Assembly (NCBI GenBank): GCA_964353705.1
Contig: CAYGXD010000003.1
Coordinates: 891-64,890, forward strand
Length of the DNA: 64,000 nucleotides
Direction of reading: 5' to 3'
DNA from: an uncultured Eubacteriales bacterium
GTDB lineage: Bacteria > Acidobacteriota > Aminicenantia > Aminicenantales > UBA8522
In this document: positions 9,883-19,748 of the stretch, piece by piece
How positions within the stretch are numbered: the stretch's first letter is position 1
Layout: every line of letters starts with the position of its first letter
Notes under the pieces: model-generated
What the model was told of the DNA's origin: nothing
Database searches by the model: none
The model's input: only the letters and a program-made list of their open reading frames with translations
Position numbers and translations under genes: made by a program

Positions 9883-11523
9883 TCAATAATTCCAGGCTGA
9901 AGCATCTTCACCGGCCGGTGCGTTTTTCACGATGTGCTCTTTGAACAGCTGGTAGAGTTCGGCGTCGCGGGGGCCCCAGCAATGCGGCTTTCGGTCCCCG
10001 TACTTGACGACACCGGCATAGTAGGGATCTTTCGTGCTTTCCAGGAATTTTTCGAGCAGGACGACGGCATTGTTCAGATAGAACGTGTCCATATCGCCGA
10101 CATAAACATGAAGCTTGCCGGCGAGCTTCGGCCCCAGCCAGGACCAGTTGCTTTCGAGGTAGTGCCGGATGTCATATTTCTTCCACTGCTCCGCGACTTC
10201 ATGGTCGATTTTCCCGGTTTTCCAATCCCAGAGGGGCTTCGGGTACCCATCCTCGCCGATCGGAGTGTAGGCGGCTTCCCAGATGGCCCACTGGTTCCCG
10301 CTTCTGTGTTTGTCCCCGAGAGTCCATTCGTAATAGTAGGAGTCGCGCACCGTGTGCCACACCTGGCCGTCCGGGTCGCGGGCCTCGGGACGTTCGGTCG
10401 GGATGTGGTTGTGGATCCTGTAGTAGGCGTTTTCGTCCTGGTAGATGTTGATGAGCTCATAGTACCGGAAATCCACCGGGTCGGGGCAGAGCGACCAGGT
10501 GCCGCCGAAGAAATCCGGATGGAAAACCTGCATGGCCAGGCAGATCCAGCCTCCGGTCGAGCCGCCGGTAAGCACCCTCGCGTAGGGCTTCCGGATGATC
10601 CGGAAATGCTCCTCGACGTAGGGGATGAGCTCCTGCATGATGGCGTCGTCGTAAGGCCCGACGTTGGGCGAGTTGACGACATAGGAGTCATCGTAATAAG
10701 GGCAGGGGTGCTGGAAGGTAACGGTGATCATCCTCGGGAAATTTTCCGACGTCCAGAGCTTATAAAAGGGATTCCCTTCGGCGAAGCCATGCGGGGCCCT
10801 CAAAGAAAAATGGCCCTGGTTATAGCACACCGGGTAATAAACGTCAGGGTGGGTATCGTATCCTTCCGGAAGAAGAACCGTTGCTCCCAAGTAGATGGGC
10901 TGTCCCCAGAACTTGGTTAAGATTTCACTCTGGAACTTGACGCGCTTGACGTAGGCGGTGTCCGGCGGGATGACAACAGGCGGGATGACCTTATCGCAGA
11001 CCAACTGGATCGTCTTCCCCTCGCCGGGATCGATGAAGACCTTGCTGACGGCGCTGTACAAGTTGCCCGGCGAGATATTCCACCTCTGGCCTTCCCATTG
11101 ATCGTTATGCATCCACAGAGTATGTCCGTCCGACCGCTTGAACTCGGTATAGATGTTGACGAATCCCTGGAGATAGTATTCCCCCGGCGTGATTTTATTA
11201 ATGCTATCCAAGGGAAAGCCGAACACCGTTTCATCGACGACGGCTCCCTTCCCCGGTTTGAGGGCCTGGACGTTTTTTCCCCATATCGGGATCCCGGCCG
11301 GCGTATCATAACCGGTTTGGAGCCGTGGCTCCCGGCCGGCGTGCTTCGAGACGATCACATAGACGCGGCCGGTTATCGGTTCGGGATGGACGGCGGGAGA
11401 AAAAGAAATTTCAAACTGGAAAGACCCCGGCTTATCCTGGGCCGGAAGGTTGAGGCAAAGGACAAGAGAGGCCAAAACAGCCGCCAAGAGAAAGCCAAGC
11501 GGGTTGCGTTTCCTGGGTTTCAT
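9883..11523 (-). CDS. secreted alpha/beta-hydrolase (putative esterase family)
   Basis: RBS AGGATGGAG before ATG 11523 (MKPRKRNPLGFLLAAVLASLVLCL signal). LTGGSTGGWICLAMQVFHPDFFGG resembles the GxSxG nucleophile elbow of PF00756-type esterases. Confidence 0.5.
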   Translation of the reverse strand: MKPRKRNPLGFLLAAVLASLVLCLNLPAQDKPGSFQFEISFSPAVHPEPITGRVYVIVSKHAGREPRLQTGYDTPAGIPIWGKNVQALKPGKGAVVDETVFGFPLDSINKITPGEYYLQGFVNIYTEFKRSDGHTLWMHNDQWEGQRWNISPGNLYSAVSKVFIDPGEGKTIQLVCDKVIPPVVIPPDTAYVKRVKFQSEILTKFWGQPIYLGATVLLPEGYDTHPDVYYPVCYNQGHFSLRAPHGFAEGNPFYKLWTSENFPRMITVTFQHPCPYYDDSYVVNSPNVGPYDDAIMQELIPYVEEHFRIIRKPYARVLTGGSTGGWICLAMQVFHPDFFGGTWSLCPDPVDFRYYELINIYQDENAYYRIHNHIPTERPEARDPDGQVWHTVRDSYYYEWTLGDKHRSGNQWAIWEAAYTPIGEDGYPKPLWDWKTGKIDHEVAEQWKKYDIRHYLESNWSWLGPKLAGKLHVYVGDMDTFYLNNAVVLLEKFLESTKDPYYAGVVKYGDRKPHCWGPRDAELYQLFKEHIVKNAPAGEDASAWNY

Positions 11524-12232
11524 GTCTCCATCCTTTCTTCGATCAGGGAGATGGTAGTTCGAGACGCATCCTGAAGTCAAAACGATCGGGGAAGAGAAAG
11601 CCGCTTCATTTCCGGCGCGATCCGGATTTGGGATGGGCCCCTGTCACGGCTCGTCCCCGCCCATCCAGGCTACCGCCCAAGGGATCCTGCCAAGGGCTGA
11701 AGCTCATTTATTATGCTATCGGGGAGACGGCCATCCCTCCCCGGAAAAGCCATCCCAATTCTTCTTTTTATATTACGTTATTGCTTACATATTAGTAAAA
11801 AGAAAATCTGGCTCCTTTCTTCTTATCGGCATATCCCTTGATTGAATTAGCAATCCGTGTGCCAACTAGTGTCCCGTCTCGTAGATAAGTTGTTAAAGTC
11901 ATCGGGCTGGACGGGACACTCCCAGGGGGGAGTCAAGCTCCCCCCTCGGCGCTTCGCTGACCCCCTGAGGGGAACGACGCCGTCCCCCTCAAACTCCCTC
12001 GCGGTGGCACGTCTTCCGGTGGTTATTGAGTAGCCATGTTATTTGTGAGACGCACCACTAGGAGATCGGAGATCGCCTCTATATAATAGGAGGTCGAACG
12101 GCCGGGTGAAAGCCGGGAAGGACGCGCCGGCCGTAAAGAAACTTAACAAGTCGAGGTCGTAAGATCCAAGCGATCTCTCCCTAAGAAGGGTCGAGCGGAT
12201 GCCGGACCGGCGCCTCGCTGAAGGACGGACAG

Positions 12233-12871
12233 ATGAAAAGCCGGAGCGAACTCATCAAGGGCTATAACCTGATCTCCCACGCTTACTGGGAACGCTATGC
12301 TCACGAACTGGACTATAAGCCGTTCGACCGCGATCTCTTGCTTCGATTTGCCCGAAGCGTTCCGGCTCCTGCAGTCTGTGACCTCGGCTGCGGCTCCGGC
12401 CATATCGGCGCCCACCTGCAGTCGCTCGGCCTCGAGGTCATCGGGATTGACCTGTCGCCGGGAATGGTAGGGGAGGCCAGACGAAGATACCCTAAGGTCC
12501 GTTATGAAGTCGGGGACATGCTGGACCTGAAGCTCGAAGAGAATTCCCTGGGGGGCATCGTTGCTCTCTATTCCATCATCCACCTTCGCCGGGAAGATCT
12601 CGGTAAGGCATTTCTATGTATGGGCCGCATCCTCAAGCCCGGCGGGCTCTTATTAGCCGCGTTTCACCGTGGCCAAGGGGAAATCCACGAGGATGAAGAG
12701 CTGGGCTTTCCAGTTTCCTTCGACTGCACACTGTTTGAACCGGACGAGGTTGCCGGGGCTATGCAAAAAACGGGACTTGAGGTCATTGAGACCACGGTTC
12801 GAAGGCCTTATAAAGAAGAATACCAAACCTGCCGCGTCTACATCCTGGCCGAAAAGCCGCCGCGGCCCTAA
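12233..12871 (+). CDS. class I SAM-dependent methyltransferase
   Basis: Motif I VCDLGCGSGHIGAHL, motif II IGIDLSPGMV, post-II VALYSIIHL. 212 aa. Confidence 0.75.
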   Translation: MKSRSELIKGYNLISHAYWERYAHELDYKPFDRDLLLRFARSVPAPAVCDLGCGSGHIGAHLQSLGLEVIGIDLSPGMVGEARRRYPKVRYEVGDMLDLKLEENSLGGIVALYSIIHLRREDLGKAFLCMGRILKPGGLLLAAFHRGQGEIHEDEELGFPVSFDCTLFEPDEVAGAMQKTGLEVIETTVRRPYKEEYQTCRVYILAEKPPRP

Positions 12872-12909
12872 CGTTCCGCCTTGAAAAAGCGGAGGATCCC
12901 CCTCGGCAC

Positions 12910-14331
12910 TCAGGTGCCAGTTGCCGGGGTATCCTGTTTTTCAGTTTGCTTGAATTGCGCGAGGGCGTCCGCGGCGGCTTTGCCGAAGCCCTCGGAAACC
13001 GTCGGATGGTTGTAGACCATGTCCTTGATGTCCTCCGCCCGGGCGCCCAGTTTGACGGCCAGAGCGGCGAAGTGGATGATCTCCGCCGCGTCCTGCCCGG
13101 CGACATGGGCGCCGATCAGGCGGTGCGTCCCGCGGTCGAAGATGAGCTTGAAGAACCCGGTGACGTTCGCGTCCAGGCAGGAACGGACGAGGTCGTTATA
13201 ACCGCAGCGGCCGATGACGATCTCGGCTCCGCCGGTTCGGGCCCATTCCTCGGTGAGTCCGGCCGAGCCGACCTCGGGGTCGGTATAGATCCCCCAGGGC
13301 GCGCAGCTATAATCCATCTTGACCGGCTGCCCCATGGCATTCTCGGCCGCGATCCGGGCTTCGGCGACAGCCATGGACGAGAGCATGATCCGGGCCAGGA
13401 CATCACCCGCCGCGTAGATTCCGGCCACGGCCGTCTGCATGTGTTCATTGACCTGGAGCTCTCCCCGGGGCCCGGGCATAATGCCGGCCGCCGCCAGGCT
13501 GAGAGCGTCGGTATTCGGCCGGCGCCCGACGCCGATCATGATCCGGTCGGCTTCGACCGTCTCGCCGTTGGAGAGAGTCCCCCGAACGCGGCCGTCGGGA
13601 GCCGGCTCGACCCTTTCGAGGCCGGTCTCGGCCGTGAACCGGATTCCCCTTTTTTTGAATTCCCGAGTGATCAGGGCGGCCACATCATGATCCTGGCCAA
13701 GAAGCGCCCGCTGTGCCTTCTCGACGACGATCACCTCGGAGCCAAGGGAACGAAAGATCAAAGCCATCTCGCAACCGACGACTCCCGCTCCGATGATGAG
13801 CAAACGGCCGGGAACGGCATCCATAACCGTCAGGTCGTCCGGAGAAAGGATGACATTTCCGTCAAAGGGGATCCCGGGCAAGGCGATGGGCCGTGATCCG
13901 GTGGCGATGATCGTCCGGGGAGATACGATCTCGCGGACGGATCCGTCGGGCAGCCCGACATGGAGCGTCCGGGCATCCTTGAATGAGGCCGTTCCCGTCA
14001 ATGTTTCAATGGCGTGCTTGCGTACGAGTGTCGCCAGCACACCAAACTCACAAAGCATCGTCTTATGCCGGCTGTCAAGGATCGTCTTGTAGTCCGCCCG
14101 GGCGCCTTCGACAACGGGGACTCCATAGCGTTTGCCCTTCTTCAAGTTCTCCAGGAAATGGGCCGCATTGCTCAAGATCTTGCTGGGCAGGGTTCCCGTC
14201 CGGACGCAGCCTCCGCCGAGCTCGGCCTCACGGTTGATCATCAAGACCTTGGCGCCCAGCTGGGAAGCTCGCAGGGATGCGGAGATGCCCGCCTCGCCGC
14301 CGCCGATGACAATCAGGTCGTACGCGTTCAT
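12910..14331 (-). CDS. FAD/NAD(P)-binding pyridine nucleotide-disulfide oxidoreductase, single-Cys SthA-like (soluble transhydrogenase/dihydrolipoyl dehydrogenase family)
   Basis: RBS GGGGAGG lies 3 nt before ATG 14331 (MNAYDLIVIGGGEAG...). GGGCVRTGTLPSKIL has one Cys, as in SthA GGGCTHWGTIPSK. C-terminal dimerisation region AAEIIHFAALAV. Confidence 0.65.
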   Translation of the reverse strand: MNAYDLIVIGGGEAGISASLRASQLGAKVLMINREAELGGGCVRTGTLPSKILSNAAHFLENLKKGKRYGVPVVEGARADYKTILDSRHKTMLCEFGVLATLVRKHAIETLTGTASFKDARTLHVGLPDGSVREIVSPRTIIATGSRPIALPGIPFDGNVILSPDDLTVMDAVPGRLLIIGAGVVGCEMALIFRSLGSEVIVVEKAQRALLGQDHDVAALITREFKKRGIRFTAETGLERVEPAPDGRVRGTLSNGETVEADRIMIGVGRRPNTDALSLAAAGIMPGPRGELQVNEHMQTAVAGIYAAGDVLARIMLSSMAVAEARIAAENAMGQPVKMDYSCAPWGIYTDPEVGSAGLTEEWARTGGAEIVIGRCGYNDLVRSCLDANVTGFFKLIFDRGTHRLIGAHVAGQDAAEIIHFAALAVKLGARAEDIKDMVYNHPTVSEGFGKAAADALAQFKQTEKQDTPATGT

Positions 14332-14380
14332 GTCCTCCCCTTTCTCAGACCGCTCTCCGGGAAGGGCGAGCGGGCCGGCC

Positions 14381-15967
14381 TCAGAAGTTCTGGGTGAAAC
14401 TCCCCCAGAGATCTTCCTCAAGCTTCCAGTAGGCGGCGACAGCGTCCTCGGCCATCTTGACGCAGTAGGAGGTCAAGAACTCCCGCGCTTTGGCCGGGTT
14501 CTGCTTGTAAAGGCTCAAGGCTTCCTCTTCGACCTTTGCTTGGTCGGCAAAGGCCTTCTCTTCTATCGGCGACCAGACCTGGGCGATCGACTGGCTCATC
14601 GGCTGCCAATAGAGCAGGGCCAGCTGGCTAACCTTCCGGAATGCCCACCAGGCACACTCCCGACTGTATCCGCCCCGGCCGTCCACCATGTAGGAATCCG
14701 GCATCCGCGTGATGCCGCAGTAGAAGGGCGTGTGGGGTGTCGTCACGGGGTTGTCGTACCCCAGCCAGACGACGCCGCCTATCGGATCGGGAAGCCAGCT
14801 CCGCGACTGGGTGATCTGAAGGTAGGTCGCCCTCTTACAGGCGATCGTCCGTTCGGTCTGGACCTTGAGGAGCTCCATCATCTCCCGGTTCATAAACGGG
14901 TGGGCCACCGGGCTGGTTGAGGCTTTCCCGTCGCGGTTGACCTGGTAGAGAGTCCGGGTCATGTCGTAGGGGGTGCCTTGATAGGTGTCGCGGAAAATGT
15001 CCAGGACATCCTTGACCGTGAGCTTTTTCTCCGGCTTGACCGACAAGGGGAAGTTTTCGCCATTGGGGTCGAGCTTGAGCGAAGGAGCGAGAAGGCTGAG
15101 GGCCCGCCATTCGCGGCGGCGACAGCCCATGCTCTCCCGGGAGGCATAGGCATAGCAGAATTCGAAAGGCTTGCCGCTCGCCGGATCCCACCAACCCATT
15201 TCCTGGGCGAGGGAATGGATGTTGGCCGAAGCCATGAAGTTCTCCGGGTCGTTCAGGTTGAGCTGCCGGATCCGGCTGGCGTTGGCCGATACGCCGACCT
15301 CGTCGTCGGGGATCCGCACCGCCGCCCAGACCGCCCCCTTTTTCCCCGCACCGGGGCCAAGGATCTCGAAATGCCAGGTCTCCTTGGGGTCGGCGAAGGT
15401 GAAGCACTCTCCGTAGTCGTTATAGCCGTAAGTCTTGGTCAGGTCGTCGGCGATCCTGATTGCTTCCCGGGCGGTCTTTGCCCGCTCCAGGATGAGGCGG
15501 TAAAGCTCGGGGCAATCGATGATCCCCTCCTTGCTCCGGAGTTCCATCTTTCCGCCGAAGGTTGTTTCTCCGATCGCCAACTGGCATTCATTCATGACGG
15601 GATAGGCGGTGTTTATGTAAGCGAAAGTCTCGGGGGACTGCGGGATCTGGCCGCTCGGGAGGCGGTTCTTGTCGTCCGGCCGCCTCGTCTCTTTCGAGTG
15701 GTGATAAACGATACACATCTCTCCGGGTTTGTGCTTCAGGCGGGGAACGACGGTGATCCAGGTCCTGTCGGACATACTGTCGCAGGAGTGCGAGGTCATG
15801 GTCGAGCCGTCCGCCGAGGCCAGCTTCCCCACCAGGATGCTGGTGCAGGATTCAAAGGGCTCGTCGCCCGGGGCGAAAACGGCGTTATCGGGCCGATGAC
15901 CGGCCGCGCCCACGGCAAGCCATACCAGGATCAAGGCCGCAAAGATTCCAAAAGACCGTTTTTTCAC
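14381..15967 (-). CDS. C69-family dipeptidase (secreted, N-terminal Cys nucleophile)
   Basis: GTG start at 15967 preceded by AAAGGAG. Signal peptide is followed by FESCTSILVGK, the Cys-nucleophile context typical of peptidase C69. Confidence 0.65.
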   Translation of the reverse strand: MKKRSFGIFAALILVWLAVGAAGHRPDNAVFAPGDEPFESCTSILVGKLASADGSTMTSHSCDSMSDRTWITVVPRLKHKPGEMCIVYHHSKETRRPDDKNRLPSGQIPQSPETFAYINTAYPVMNECQLAIGETTFGGKMELRSKEGIIDCPELYRLILERAKTAREAIRIADDLTKTYGYNDYGECFTFADPKETWHFEILGPGAGKKGAVWAAVRIPDDEVGVSANASRIRQLNLNDPENFMASANIHSLAQEMGWWDPASGKPFEFCYAYASRESMGCRRREWRALSLLAPSLKLDPNGENFPLSVKPEKKLTVKDVLDIFRDTYQGTPYDMTRTLYQVNRDGKASTSPVAHPFMNREMMELLKVQTERTIACKRATYLQITQSRSWLPDPIGGVVWLGYDNPVTTPHTPFYCGITRMPDSYMVDGRGGYSRECAWWAFRKVSQLALLYWQPMSQSIAQVWSPIEEKAFADQAKVEEEALSLYKQNPAKAREFLTSYCVKMAEDAVAAYWKLEEDLWGSFTQNF

Positions 15968-16126
15968 GGAAAAACTCCTTTCTCAGGATCTCAAGGGCTC
16001 GGAGCCAAAATATACACCAGGCGTTTCCAGATTCCAACGAAAATCGGCGCCGGCCGGCGGACGCTCCGGTCATCATGGTCAATGAAAGGAGGAGCCGGAC
16101 GCCAGCTTCCTATTTTCAGCCGGGGT

Positions 16127-17584
16127 TCAATCGTTCGCTGTCTTCCCGTTCCGGGCCGGTCGTTGCTGCGCTTTTTTTATGATCCCTTTGGTGATATCCG
16201 GGAAAATGAGCTTGTGGAGGGGTTTTGTCAGAAACCAGTACAGCCTTCCCCAGAGGCCTTTCGGGTAATAGTGAGCCGTCACGGCCAGTTGACTGCCTTC
16301 GATGGAGAATTCCAGCCACGCCTTGCCCGGAACCTTCATCTGGTTGACGAGGAGAAGCCTTTTGCTTGGCTTCAGGTCGACAACTTTCCAGAAGTCCAGG
16401 CCGTCGCCGACCCGGAGCCTGTCGGGATCACGGCGTCCCCGGCTCAATCCGGGACCGGCGAATAGGATGTCGATGAATCCCCGCAGCCGCCACAGCCAAT
16501 CATATGTGAACCAGCCGTTGTCGCCCCCGATGGATTCCAACTCAGCAAAAACCGCCTGCGCTGGAAGGGCCCCGAAATCAGCCGAGACCGTCTCCCTGTA
16601 AACGGCCGATTCCAAATGGTCCCGCCCCTCGATGTCGCACGTTTTCTGGGCGCTGCTGTCGCACCAGCGGCTGACGACCTGCTTTCTTTCGATCTCGTTG
16701 AGCGCCCTCCGGAAGGATTCCTCATAGGCAAGGGGATGGATCCCCGGGAAATATTTCCGGGCGTTATCGTTTTGGATCGTCGTTTCCGATTTCAATCCTT
16801 GGATCAGGGCTTTGGCGATGGGATAAGGAACAGGCGTCATCAGCTTGAGCCAGTAGGAAGAGAGCCGGGGACTGAGAAGCGGCACGGGAATGATGATCCT
16901 TTTCAGTCCCATGACGCCGGCCGCCCGAAGAAGCATCTCTTTGAAGCTCATTTTGTCGGCGCCGATATCGACCGTGATGCTTCCCTCGACAAGTACGTCT
17001 TTGGCCTGGAAGAGATATTCGAGCACATCCAGGACACCGATGGGCTGGGTCAGCGTCCGGACCCATTTGGGTGTGGTCATGACGGGGAGGTTCTGGACAA
17101 GATGACGGATGATCTCGAAGCTGGCGCTTCCGGAGCCGATGATGACACCGGCCCGGAGCCAGACGGACTGGATCCGGTCGGGCCTTGAGCTCAGGATCTC
17201 TCCCGTTTCGAGCCGGCTTCTCAGGTGTTTGGAGGTTGTATCCTTCTTGCCCAACCCCCCGAGATAGATGATCCTTTTGACCTTGTTATCGATGCAGGCA
17301 TCGAGGAAATTATGGGCGCTCAACCGGTCAAGCTTTTCAAAATCCGCGCCGGCGCCCATCGAGTGAATCAGGTAATAGGCGACGTCCATGCCTTCAAGCC
17401 CTTTGTGGATGGATTTTTGGTCCAGGGTGTTCGCTTCGAAGAGTTCGACTCGATCCCCGATATCCGCCTGGACTTTCCGGGCATTCCGGATCAACAACCG
17501 GAGACGGACGGAGTCTTCGGCGGCCAGTTTTCCCTGGAGTCGTCTTCCTATATAGCCCGTGGCTCCGGTCAACAGGACATTCAT
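16127..17584 (-). CDS. NAD(P)-binding Rossmann (SDR-like) domain protein with C-terminal DUF2867-like domain
   Basis: N-terminus MNVLLTGATGYIGRRL (TGxxGxxG). The ~170 aa C-terminal region resembles DUF2867, which is commonly fused to this domain. Confidence 0.6.
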   Translation of the reverse strand: MNVLLTGATGYIGRRLQGKLAAEDSVRLRLLIRNARKVQADIGDRVELFEANTLDQKSIHKGLEGMDVAYYLIHSMGAGADFEKLDRLSAHNFLDACIDNKVKRIIYLGGLGKKDTTSKHLRSRLETGEILSSRPDRIQSVWLRAGVIIGSGSASFEIIRHLVQNLPVMTTPKWVRTLTQPIGVLDVLEYLFQAKDVLVEGSITVDIGADKMSFKEMLLRAAGVMGLKRIIIPVPLLSPRLSSYWLKLMTPVPYPIAKALIQGLKSETTIQNDNARKYFPGIHPLAYEESFRRALNEIERKQVVSRWCDSSAQKTCDIEGRDHLESAVYRETVSADFGALPAQAVFAELESIGGDNGWFTYDWLWRLRGFIDILFAGPGLSRGRRDPDRLRVGDGLDFWKVVDLKPSKRLLLVNQMKVPGKAWLEFSIEGSQLAVTAHYYPKGLWGRLYWFLTKPLHKLIFPDITKGIIKKAQQRPARNGKTAND

Positions 17585-17671
17585 GGCCGCTGGGACTCGT
17601 ATCCTTCAAAAGGCATTATACCTATTTTACAAAAAAACTCTGCCGGAAGGATAGCGGCGGTGCGTGGAGAT

Positions 17672-18190
17672 TCAATCCGTCTGCCGGAGGTTTTCGGCTT
17701 GGATCCAGGCCCGTACCCATTCAGGCAGAGGGGGCGACCAGCCCTCGCGGCCAAAGGCTTTCAATATGGTTTCCGAGGGGACGAGTTCCTTCTCCGTCCG
17801 GAGTCCGGCCCGGACCACGGCCTGGGCGGCCACCCGGCCGCCGTGAATGAATCCCTGGACGAAATAAAACCACCGCCCGTCGTGTCCGACGAGCGACGTT
17901 CGAAGAAGGAAACGGCTGAAGGGAGGAAGCCGCCGTCTGTACCGGATGCTCCCGCCGGCCACCACGAAAAACCAGCCCTTCCGTCGGGCGAACTGCATCA
18001 AGCCGGTCCGGGCGGCCAGATCGTACCGGCCCAGGTCCATGAGGGTCCAGTACCGGCCGTTATTCATCTCGGGGTAAGTATCGATATCGCCGGGCCAGAC
18101 CCGCAGTTTGAGCTCGCTCACGGCTTCGAGACCGAGCCGGGGCTTGACCAGGGACCCGGCAAGCACGCGGGCCACACGCAGATAGGGATA
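17672..18190 (-). CDS. hotdog-fold acyl-CoA thioesterase (4HBT_2 / YbgC-like)
   Basis: GGAGG lies 6 nt before ATG 18190. DIDTYPEMNNGRYWTLMDLGRYD matches the DxxxHxNNxxY signature of the 4HBT family. The upstream 24 codons of the ORF lack an RBS. Confidence 0.6.
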   Translation of the reverse strand, partial: YPYLRVARVLAGSLVKPRLGLEAVSELKLRVWPGDIDTYPEMNNGRYWTLMDLGRYDLAARTGLMQFARRKGWFFVVAGGSIRYRRRLPPFSRFLLRTSLVGHDGRWFYFVQGFIHGGRVAAQAVVRAGLRTEKELVPSETILKAFGREGWSPPLPEWVRAWIQAENLRQTD

Positions 18191-18429
18191 CATCCATGAC
18201 CTCCAAAATGATCCCCGGGGATCCGGAGGTTCCAGTATATTCCGGGAGCCCTGCGGAGGCAAACGGGAAACCCAGAACGCCAGGCTCCGCGCGGGTTATT
18301 TAGCGCTCGGCCGTTTGACATCCCGGCCGTTGAATCCGTATCATTCATGACGAAGGAGGGAGCTGTTTTTGTGCGGATTGAGAAATCTCAGTAGGAGACG
18401 GAATTTCTTCAGGAGTTGAAATTCAACCC

Positions 18430-18966
18430 ATGAATAAGAAAAAAATCTTCACTTGGGAGATCTTGGGCTTTGTCATAATCTCTCTCTCCGGAAGCTTTCT
18501 CCATTTTGTCTTTGAACTTTTGGGAGAATGGCCGCCTGCTGCCCTTATCGCCGCGGTCAATGAGAGCACTTGGGAACACCTCAAGCTCGCCTTCTGGCCC
18601 GCCCTTTTTTATGCCCTCATCGAGTGGCCGTTTTTTCGCCGGCAAGCAAAAAATTTCTGGACGGCCAAGGCGATCGGGCTTTTGGCCATGCCGCTGGTCA
18701 TCGTCTCGGTTTTTTACGGATACACGGCTTTGGCCGGCCGCAACTTTCTCTGGGCGGACATATCTTTGTTCGTCCTGGCCGTCCTGATCGGTCAGTTGCT
18801 GAGCTCCTGGATTTTGCTCCGTCCGTCCTTCGGCTCCAGGCGCAAAACCCCGACCGTGATACTCTTAATCCTGATGATCGCCGCCTTTTCGCTGTTGACC
18901 TTTTTCCCCCCGAAAAATCCTCTCTTCCGCGATCCGGTGACAGGTCAATACGGCATTTTGAGATGA
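18430..18966 (+). CDS. hypothetical integral membrane protein (4-5 TM helices)
   Basis: 178 aa with 4-5 hydrophobic segments (ILGFVIISLSGSF, LAMPLVIVSVFYGY, ISLFVLAVLIGQLL, ILLILMIAAFSLL). Confidence 0.45.
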   Translation: MNKKKIFTWEILGFVIISLSGSFLHFVFELLGEWPPAALIAAVNESTWEHLKLAFWPALFYALIEWPFFRRQAKNFWTAKAIGLLAMPLVIVSVFYGYTALAGRNFLWADISLFVLAVLIGQLLSSWILLRPSFGSRRKTPTVILLILMIAAFSLLTFFPPKNPLFRDPVTGQYGILR

Positions 18967-18980
18967 CATTCAGAACGGCT

Positions 18981-19490
18981 TCAGGAGGGGGTTTTTTCCC
19001 CGAATGACGCAGGTTTTCTCGCGGTTCTCTTTCTCTCGACGGGATCGTATTTCCTGACCTGCTGGAACTCGGTGACGATGATATAGGTATTGACCCTGAC
19101 TTGAAAAAGCCGGCAGGAAGGCGAATTGACGAAACTGTCCAGGTTGGGGTATTTCCTCAGGTACGAACCGAGGACCTCTTTTTTTGATCCGGCCTTGACC
19201 TCTTCGGCCCGGCCCAGGGCGGTTACGGCTATACCCCGGTAGAAATCGGCCCCGGCGATGCCACGGTTGTCAAAGAGCATGGACACCTGAGGAGACCGGA
19301 TGAGGTTGGCATGCTTTCGAGTATTGATTTCCGTGGCAAAATAGATGTGCTGAAGATCTCTGGTTGCCGTAAAAGCCACGAGGCTCTGATAGGGCGAGCC
19401 GCTTTCCCGGGTGGCCAGAACGCCGAGCTTCTGGCCGGCAAGAAGCCGCCGGATAACCGTCCGAATATCCAAAGGCGTTCTCCCTTTCAT
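18981..19490 (-). CDS. pyridoxamine 5-phosphate oxidase-like FMN-binding split-barrel protein
   Basis: LGVLATRESGSPYQSLVAFTATRD...IYFATEINTRKHANL pattern. Start chosen at the internal ATG (MKGRTPL); the ORF extends to a GTG at 19568, so the start is uncertain. Confidence 0.45.
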   Translation of the reverse strand: MKGRTPLDIRTVIRRLLAGQKLGVLATRESGSPYQSLVAFTATRDLQHIYFATEINTRKHANLIRSPQVSMLFDNRGIAGADFYRGIAVTALGRAEEVKAGSKKEVLGSYLRKYPNLDSFVNSPSCRLFQVRVNTYIIVTEFQQVRKYDPVERKRTARKPASFGEKTPS

Positions 19491-19748
19491 CGCCTCATTT
19501 TCGATGATTCCTCGCCATTTGTAAACAGGGAAACATAGGCAAAGTTTCATTATAATCTTCGCCGCCACCGCTTCGCGCCTGGATGCCTAGACTCTGTTTG
19601 GCTGAACCGAGAATCAAAAAATCCCCATACCGTCGGACCCGGCCCGGAGAGAAAGACAGGGAAAGAAAAGAAGGATTACCCATCGCCGCAGGAATCGACT
19701 ATAATCACTTTCCCGGGAAAATGGATGATGTCTATTGAGGAGAAATCC

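Noticed and set aside
14978-16465. 495 aa plus-strand ORF antisense to the C69 dipeptidase gene
   Set aside because: Shadow ORF. The composition is G/R/P-rich and it has no domain signal, whereas the minus-strand product has a clear C69 Cys-nucleophile N-terminus.
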